Assembly (NCBI GenBank): GCA_963754275.1
Contig: CAVWFO010000003.1
Span: forward strand, 49,372-81,371
Source of the DNA: an uncultured Acidobacteriota bacterium
GTDB taxonomy: Bacteria > Acidobacteriota > Terriglobia > Acidiferrales > UBA7541
Direction of reading: 5' to 3'
Length of the DNA: 32,000 nt
Shown here: positions 26,922 to 32,000 of the stretch, piece by piece
Numbering within the stretch: the stretch's first letter is position 1
Layout of the letters: each line of letters opens with the position of its first letter
Position numbers and translations under genes: made by a program
The notes under the pieces: model-generated
What the model saw: the letters and a program-made list of their open reading frames with translations, nothing else
Database searches by the model: none
Told to the model about the DNA's origin: nothing

Positions 26922-28323
26922 AGCGGGCCTGAGCGTTCGGCTGCTGGAAAAACGTCCGCACCTGGGCGGACGCGCTACTTCCTACACATTGCCCGACGGC
27001 AGCGAGGTAGACAACTGCCAGCACGTCACTCTCGGCTGCTGCACGAATTTAGCGGATTTTTATTCGCGCGTTGGCGCGAGTGACAAGATTCGATTCTACG
27101 ATCGGCTGTATTTCGCGGATGCGCAGGGGCAGCGTTCGACCATCGAGGCTGCGCCTTTGCCTCCGCCGCTGCACATGGCGCCGTCTTTCCTGCTGTTTCG
27201 CGCGCTGACGCTTGCGGATAAGCGCTCGATTGCGAACGCCATGCTGGCCATCGCGCGTGCGGGCGGGAATCCGCCGCGCATCGAAGGCATCTCGATGCTG
27301 GATTGGCTGCATCGCATGGAGCAGACCCCCGATGCGATTGAACGATTCTGGCGCGTGGTGCTGGTGAGCGCGTTGGATGAAGAGCTGGCGCGCACCGACG
27401 CGCGCTACGGAATCGAAGTTTTCTGGAAAGCGTTCCTGGGAAATAGCACGGGGTACCGCGTGGGGATTCCGACCGTGCCGCTCGCGGATTTGTATGAAGG
27501 TTGCCGCGAAGCGATTGTGCGCCAGGGCGGGGAAGTGCGGTTGCGCTGCGGGATTCGCGAGATTCGCGTGAAGGAAAATTGTTTCGCGGGAGCGTTGCTC
27601 GACGACGGCACGGAAGTCTTTGCCGATGCTTGTGTTTCAGCAGTGCCACACGATGTGCTGCTGGAGATGCTGCCTCCGGAGTGGTCGGAAACGAACGCGC
27701 CGCTGGAAGGTTTGCGGCACCTGAAGACGTCGCCGATCACCGGCGTGCATCTGTGGTACGACCGGCAGGTGATGACGGAGCCGTTTTTGACGCTGCTGGA
27801 CCACACGACGCAGTGGGTCTTCAATAAGACGTTTTTGTCCAAGCCGGCTGAAACGAATCACGACGCGGGACGTCCAAGCGAGGAGCAGGGCGCCACGGTT
27901 GAGGGTGGCGGGCAATATCTGCAGCTGGTGATCAGCGCCTCGTACGATTTGATTCCACGCTCCCGGCAGGAAATCATCGAGCTGTGCCGCCGCGAACTTG
28001 CCGAGGTGCTGCCGCCAACGCGCGAGGCGCAACTGCGTAAGGCGACCGTGATTAAGGAAGTGAACGCGACATTTTCGCCGGAGCCTGGTTCGGACCGCTG
28101 GCGTCCGGGGCAGAGAATTCCGCTGGCGAATTTGTATCTGTGCGGCGATTGGACGCGCACCGGTTGGCCCGCGACGATGGAAGGCGCGGTGCGCAGCGGT
28201 TATCTGGCGGCGGAGGCGGTGCTGGTGGATCGCGGAACGCCGCGGACGTTTCTGCAGCCGGATCTGCCGTTCGAGGGGCTGAGCAAATTTTGGGCCGGCC
28301 GCGGGAATGGTACGCGTACATGA
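26851..28323 (+). CDS. hpnE: Hydroxysqualene dehydroxylase (FAD-dependent amine-oxidase family)
   Basis: MSSQSVLVIGGGLAGLSSAVALAEAGLSVRLLEKRPHLGGRA is an FAD dinucleotide-binding fold. The C-terminal LYLCGDWTRTGWPATMEGAVRSG is also typical. Position directly after hpnC/D supports the call. Overlaps the hpnCD ORF by 71 nt. Confidence 0.85.
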   Translation: MSSQSVLVIGGGLAGLSSAVALAEAGLSVRLLEKRPHLGGRATSYTLPDGSEVDNCQHVTLGCCTNLADFYSRVGASDKIRFYDRLYFADAQGQRSTIEAAPLPPPLHMAPSFLLFRALTLADKRSIANAMLAIARAGGNPPRIEGISMLDWLHRMEQTPDAIERFWRVVLVSALDEELARTDARYGIEVFWKAFLGNSTGYRVGIPTVPLADLYEGCREAIVRQGGEVRLRCGIREIRVKENCFAGALLDDGTEVFADACVSAVPHDVLLEMLPPEWSETNAPLEGLRHLKTSPITGVHLWYDRQVMTEPFLTLLDHTTQWVFNKTFLSKPAETNHDAGRPSEEQGATVEGGGQYLQLVISASYDLIPRSRQEIIELCRRELAEVLPPTREAQLRKATVIKEVNATFSPEPGSDRWRPGQRIPLANLYLCGDWTRTGWPATMEGAVRSGYLAAEAVLVDRGTPRTFLQPDLPFEGLSKFWAGRGNGTRT

Positions 28324-28565
28324 AAATGGGTGTTGCAATTTGCGCCGCAGGGGTGTTCTATACAGAGGATGGCGGCCGCTCTTGGCAGCCACGGAATCGC
28401 GGTACTCGCGCTGATTTTCTACCTGATAGGCATCCCGAAATCCGTCAGTGTGTGCATGAGCTGCCCCCAGTGGCGGATAGAAAGCGCCTCTACCAGCAAT
28501 ACTACTGTGACGAACATCGGAGCGATTTTTCCCGCGGATGGCGCGATTCGGCGCGCATGATTTAG
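28320..28565 (+). pseudogene. Internal fragment of a BNR/Asp-box repeat (sialidase-like beta-propeller) protein
   Basis: ATG 28320 overlaps the hpnE TGA. The 81-aa product has one good and one degenerate Asp-box (YTEDGGRSW, HRSDFSRGW). It lacks the N- and C-terminal parts needed for a propeller. Confidence 0.45.
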
Positions 28566-28660
28566 TGACCTTTCCACACCTGATCGTGCAGCCGGTTCGT
28601 GCAGTCAAGATGGGCGGAGAATTTTTCGGAGCAGCATGAATCATCCCCTTAGGAGGTCCG

Positions 28661-29134
28661 ATGGACCGGAAGTATAAGCAGAGGGGCTACAGCGACCGCG
28701 ACGCGCAGGAAAAGAAACGCGAAAGAAGCGAGCGGCCTCCGAACAGCGGCGAGCCGCGCCCCAAGCAGGATTCGATGGGCCCGCGCACGCCGCGGATGGT
28801 GGGAACGGTGATGAGGGCGCGCTGCTCGAGCTGCGGTGCGGTTTTAGCGCCCGGATTTGATCCCAATGGCGAATGCCCTCGTTGCCACACTGCGATGCAT
28901 TGCTGCAAGCAGTGCGTGCATTTCGATACCAGCAGGCAATTCGAGTGCACGCAGCCGATTCCCGAGCGCATCGCGAAGAAAGACGCTAAGAACGATTGCA
29001 CTTTTTTTGAATTTCGTATGACCGTGGAGAAAGACACTTCACCGGTGAGCTATGCCAGCGCAACGCCGGCGCCTACGAACCCGGGACGTCCTAACGACGC
29101 GCGCAAGGCATTTGAAGACCTCTTCAAGAAGTAA
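28661..29134 (+). CDS. Hypothetical zinc-ribbon protein with a basic N-terminus
   Basis: AGGAGG 4 nt upstream of the ATG. 157 aa with a Lys/Arg/Glu-rich N-terminus. Cys/His cluster: CSSCGAV...GECPRCHTAMHCCKQCVHF...C...C. Confidence 0.6.
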   Translation: MDRKYKQRGYSDRDAQEKKRERSERPPNSGEPRPKQDSMGPRTPRMVGTVMRARCSSCGAVLAPGFDPNGECPRCHTAMHCCKQCVHFDTSRQFECTQPIPERIAKKDAKNDCTFFEFRMTVEKDTSPVSYASATPAPTNPGRPNDARKAFEDLFKK

Positions 29135-29221
29135 CGCCTTCCATCCTCGCGATTTTGCTCATCTCTTTGAGTTTCTGGATTCGTTTCTTCGATTTTTATG
29201 CGGCGATTGGCGGAGCTCCGT

Positions 29222-30154
29222 CTATTTCGGAGGCAGGGGGAATAAAGTTGGTTCGACCGCCGGCTGATTCGCGATGGATTCCAGCTGCGGATAATGAGTG
29301 CGCAGCGTTTCCGGGACTTTTACTTTTTTGCCGTTCAACAGATTGATCAGCTGAAGGGCGTTCACGATTCCTTTCGCTTCGAAATGATTGTTGGTGACGA
29401 CAAATGTGGTCTTCGCGGTTTCGGCCACGCGCTCGATGCGTTTGGCCCAAGGCTCGAGTTCTTCTTCGGAGTATAGATAGTTGTAACGCTCGGAGGGTGG
29501 TGAGGTGGGATCGTCGGTGAACCAAGTATCGTAGCGGCGACCGTGCAGGCGGACGTAGCCAATCGGCGAGGTGACGCGTTCGCTGGGTTTGATCGAGCGG
29601 CCGATCAGCGGTTGATCAATGTTGCAGAATCCCACGCCGCGCTGGTGCAGTAGCTCGTAGAAATCTTTTTTTGCCCAGGAAGAGTGGCGCACTTCCACCA
29701 CCAGCGGATAAACGTCGAAGGCATCGAGAATCTGATTGAGCCGGGTGAGATTTGCGGGCGTATTGTGAAAGGAAAAAGGGAATTGCAGCAGGACGGCGCC
29801 AAGGCGGTTCGCGTCGCGCAGGACGTCGAACCCAGCGCGCACGATTTTCACATCTTCGATTGTCGCGTCGTTCTGATGCGTGAATTTCTGCCAGAGTTTT
29901 GCGGTAAAGAGGAAGCGCGGATTCACAGCGACTTGCTGGAGCCACTGCGCGGCGAATTCCGGCTTCAGCGGATGGTAGAACGAAGTATTGATTTCGATGG
30001 TGTCAAAAAAATCCGCGAGATATGCCGCTTCGTGGAATCCCTTTGGGCGCCGCGGCGGATACAGAATACCTTTCCAGTCGGGATAGGACCATCCGGCGGG
30101 CCCCACGAGAATGCGTGCGGGATTGGGTTCTGCGCTTTTCACTTTCGCAACCAT
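29222..30154 (-). CDS. DUF72 (UPF0759/YecE-like) family protein
   Basis: ORF 29222..30190; ATG 30154 chosen. LVGPAGWSYPDWKGILYPP...FFDTIEINTSFYHP...FLFTAKLWQKFTH is the characteristic DUF72 N-terminus. Confidence 0.75.
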   Translation of the reverse strand: MVAKVKSAEPNPARILVGPAGWSYPDWKGILYPPRRPKGFHEAAYLADFFDTIEINTSFYHPLKPEFAAQWLQQVAVNPRFLFTAKLWQKFTHQNDATIEDVKIVRAGFDVLRDANRLGAVLLQFPFSFHNTPANLTRLNQILDAFDVYPLVVEVRHSSWAKKDFYELLHQRGVGFCNIDQPLIGRSIKPSERVTSPIGYVRLHGRRYDTWFTDDPTSPPSERYNYLYSEEELEPWAKRIERVAETAKTTFVVTNNHFEAKGIVNALQLINLLNGKKVKVPETLRTHYPQLESIANQPAVEPTLFPLPPK

Positions 30155-30314
30155 GAACGGCTTATAGCCTCGCAAACACGAGCGTCGCACGCCGAGCGTA
30201 TGACGCAGTTGAGAAGGCTGTCAAATCCGGTGCACCGCTGCGGCGCGGCGGTGCATCCAAATATCACAAGCAGGAGTTTCGCAGCGCGACAATGTTTCCA
30301 CGCTGAACGCCGGG

Positions 30315-30343
30315 TTGCAAGTGAGGTGGCGCAGCGCTATGCT
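30315..30343 (+). promoter_or_regulatory. Candidate promoter TTGCAA-17-TATGCT upstream of the HPF-like gene
   Basis: TTGCAA at 30315-30320, a 17-nt spacer and TATGCT at 30338-30343. The ORF-track start at 30315 is this -35 TTG, so the long ORF extension is probably non-coding. Confidence 0.35.
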
Positions 30344-30404
30344 GGAATTGCCTCGATGCTCAGACCATTTCGATCCGCAATCAACGAAACACCAGGGTGC
30401 CCCG

Positions 30405-30773
30405 ATGAAAATCACATACAGCCACGTGGATCCCGAATTTCACGCCATCATTGAACATGAAGTCGCGCGGCACGCCGCAAAATTGAATCGCATTCTGAAG
30501 CGTTATGCGCCGGATCTGGTGCTACTGCACGGCTCGCTGGAAAAAACGCCGCGCAAGACGGAATTTAATTTTTCGCTGAACCTGAATCTGCCCACCGGCA
30601 CGCTGCACGCGACGGGCGTGGGAGCGGACGTGCTGGGTAGTGCCAAGGCCGCGTTCGCCGAACTGGAAGTGCAGGTGAAGAAGCACCAGGCCAAACTGCG
30701 GAAAGATTACGTGTGGAAGCGGAAGCGCGCGATCGCTTTGCCCACGCCGCGCGAAGCCCCTTCTTCTGACTAG
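30405..30773 (+). CDS. Ribosome hibernation-promoting factor / RaiA (S30AE) family protein
   Basis: Internal ATG 30405: MKITYSHVD..EFHAIIEHEVARHAAKLNRILKRYAPDLVLLHGSLEK...FNFSLNLNLPTGTLHATGVGADVLGSAKAAFAELEVQVKKHQAKLRK. This matches the HPF/YfiA beta-alpha-beta-beta-beta-alpha pattern. Confidence 0.6.
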   Translation: MKITYSHVDPEFHAIIEHEVARHAAKLNRILKRYAPDLVLLHGSLEKTPRKTEFNFSLNLNLPTGTLHATGVGADVLGSAKAAFAELEVQVKKHQAKLRKDYVWKRKRAIALPTPREAPSSD

Positions 30774-31084
30774 GTGCCTGTTCTTACACTCGCGGGCCCG
30801 CTTCGATTCGTGTGTACCTTGCGCCCAGGCCAAATCTGAAGACGAGCCGTGCCGTTTGCTGGTTCCGACCGCTCACGCAGGGGAGCAAGGCAAGTGCTAC
30901 CCGGCAAGTCACGTCGCGCTTTATCGGCCGTATCAGACGTGGCCATCGCGGATCGAGACGCCGTGACTTCTGGCATGCTTCCGGGCATCCTTCCGAGGTC
31001 GTTGCGGGCTCCCAATTCCTCCTAGGTCCGCGAATTTGTTTCCGTGTAAGATGTTTAGAAGCATTTAGCTGTCAACAGACATGC

Positions 31085-31159
31085 AGGGGCGTAGCTCAGT
31101 GGTAGAGCAGCGGCCTTTTAAGCCGAAGGTCGTGGGTTCGATCCCCACCGCCCCTACCA
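31085..31159 (+). tRNA. tRNA-Lys, anticodon UUU, with CCA encoded
   Basis: Manual cloverleaf. Acceptor stem AGGGGCG/CGCCCCT (7 bp). U8; D arm GCTC-AGTGGTA-GAGC. Anticodon stem-loop GCGGC-CTTTTAA-GCCGA, with U33 and A37. T arm GTGGG-TTCGATC-CCCAC, discriminator A, then CCA. Confidence 0.9.
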
Positions 31160-32000
31160 ATCCTTCTCCTTGAAAACACGCGAGTTCTGGCGGCGGGTTT
31201 CGCCGTGTACCCGGCGTGTACCTCTTTAATCAGCGGATCGTTGCTCCAAGCCGCTCGGAGATCGGCTTCGATCTGCTCTTGGCGAGATCGCGTCCACGGC
31301 GCGTAGTGGCGCTCCGTAATCCGAATGCTGCTGTGTCCGAGAAGGATCGAAACTCTATCGAGAGGGACACCTGCGAGAAGCAATTCGACGGCGAACGTAT
31401 CGCGGAAGCGGTGCGGATGGCCGGTTGGAACCTTCGCGAATTCGAAGAGGCGCTGCAAGCGGCGCTGCCATTTTCCCTTTGCGCTTCTCACAGTGGATGC
31501 GCCTGTCCAGAAGAAATATCGCTCGCTTGAACGCGGGGCTGCTTCCAAGGTCTCAACAACCGCGTCGGGCAGGACGCAATAGACGGGCACACCAGTTTTC
31601 TCCGTATGAAGGAGCAGCTTGTTTCCATTGAGGCGGCTCACTTCAAGCTGAGTTGCATCCCCAATTCGCATCCCCGAGTAGCGGAGCAAGAGAACAAAGG
31701 CCCTCAGGCGCTGCGCATTGCGAATGCCTGCGCTCTTGCCATAAGGCCCAAGAGCCGCAATGATCCGAGTCATCTCTTCTCGCGTAAAAGGCATTGTTGG
31801 CTTGCTTGGAACCTTCGGTGCCTTCAACTCAAGGGCCGGATTATCGCCAATCCATTTTCTCTTTTCAGCAAAGCGCATGAATGCCCTCAGGCGTCTCCAA
31901 CTTCTTGAGACTCGTGCGCGGTCCCTGTGTCCACGTGGCACGAAATGTTGCAAGCGTGTCCAGGTCTAGCTGCATTAGGAATTGCAGCTTGTATGCTTCC
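31096..32000 (-). pseudogene. int: Tyrosine recombinase / phage-type integrase. The 5' end lies beyond the window, there is a frame disruption near 31894, and the ORF reads into the tRNA.
   Basis: ORF 31096..31953 carries the catalytic signatures RYSGMRIGDA, HPHRFRDTFA and LLGHSSIRITERHY. Upstream, another frame reads EAYKLQFLMQLDLDTLATFRATWTQGPRTSLKKLE, open to the window edge. It joins RLRAFMRFAEKRKWI if t31894 is skipped. The last ~21 codons are antisense to tRNA-Lys. Confidence 0.8.
31204..31222. repeat. Tandem direct repeat CGTGTACC x2 (11-bp register) between the tRNA and the integrase core
   Basis: CGTGTACC at 31204-31211 and 31215-31222. GTGTACCT also occurs at 30812-30819 on the other side of the tRNA. 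Confidence 0.3.

Noticed and set aside
29205-29232. Palindrome CGGAGCTCCG and hairpin CTCCG-N7-CGGAG between the Zn-ribbon gene and DUF72, as a bidirectional terminator
   Set aside because: The stem is short (5 bp), there is no flanking T tract on either strand, and it overlaps the DUF72 stop. This is too weak to call.
30812-31223. GTGTACCT on both sides of tRNA-Lys (30812-30819 and 31216-31223) as att direct repeats
   Set aside because: An 8-mer is expected to recur by chance in a window this size. True att repeats should include the tRNA 3' end, and the partner copy should lie at the far end of the island, outside the window.
1-32000. CRISPR arrays, rRNA genes, IS elements or transposases, toxin-antitoxin pairs, and known defence-system genes
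   Set aside because: I found no regularly spaced repeats, no rRNA-like sequence, and no transposase, nuclease, helicase or ATPase signatures in any listed ORF. The only mobility gene is the integrase at the right edge.

Overview
GC-rich bacterial chromosomal segment. Protein styles look Acidobacteriota-like, which is an inference from sequence flavour only. It is densely coded, with no rRNA, CRISPR array or transposase.

Layout, left to right:
- A secreted beta-propeller gene (runs off the left edge) and an S55/SpoIVB-type peptidase.
- aroA, interrupted by a frameshift.
- A five-gene minus-strand operon: ECF sigma, ZAS anti-sigma, B-box membrane protein, small DUF5668-like protein, LiaF/DUF4097-like protein. 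A recognisable ECF-type promoter lies upstream.
- A UPF0104 membrane protein, nrdR, a tandem GNAT and a transmembrane Ser/Thr kinase with TPR repeats.
- A frameshifted alpha/beta-fold gene and an ArnT-like GT-C glycosyltransferase.
- An lpxL-like acyltransferase and lpxD.
- A hopanoid locus: shc, hpnA, hpnG-like, two MDR Zn-dehydrogenases, an hpnC-hpnD fusion and hpnE.
- A BNR/Asp-box gene relic, a Zn-ribbon protein, DUF72 and an HPF-like gene.
- tRNA-Lys(UUU) abutted by a frameshifted, partial tyrosine integrase. This is probably the left edge of an integrated element that continues past 32000.

Main second-look items:
1. The ECF-controlled LiaF-like membrane module.
2. The unusual hopanoid operon. 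It has embedded dehydrogenases, fused hpnCD, and hpnA and hpnG-like heavily decayed while shc and hpnCDE are intact.
3. Frame disruptions scattered through otherwise conserved genes, which may be real decay or assembly indels.
4. Recurrent -10 boxes 6-9 nt upstream of start codons, suggesting leaderless mRNAs.
5. A structured, more AT-rich lpxD-shc spacer with a terminator, promoters and a long leader.

I cannot demonstrate a wholly new system from sequence alone. Items 1 and 2 are the best candidates.
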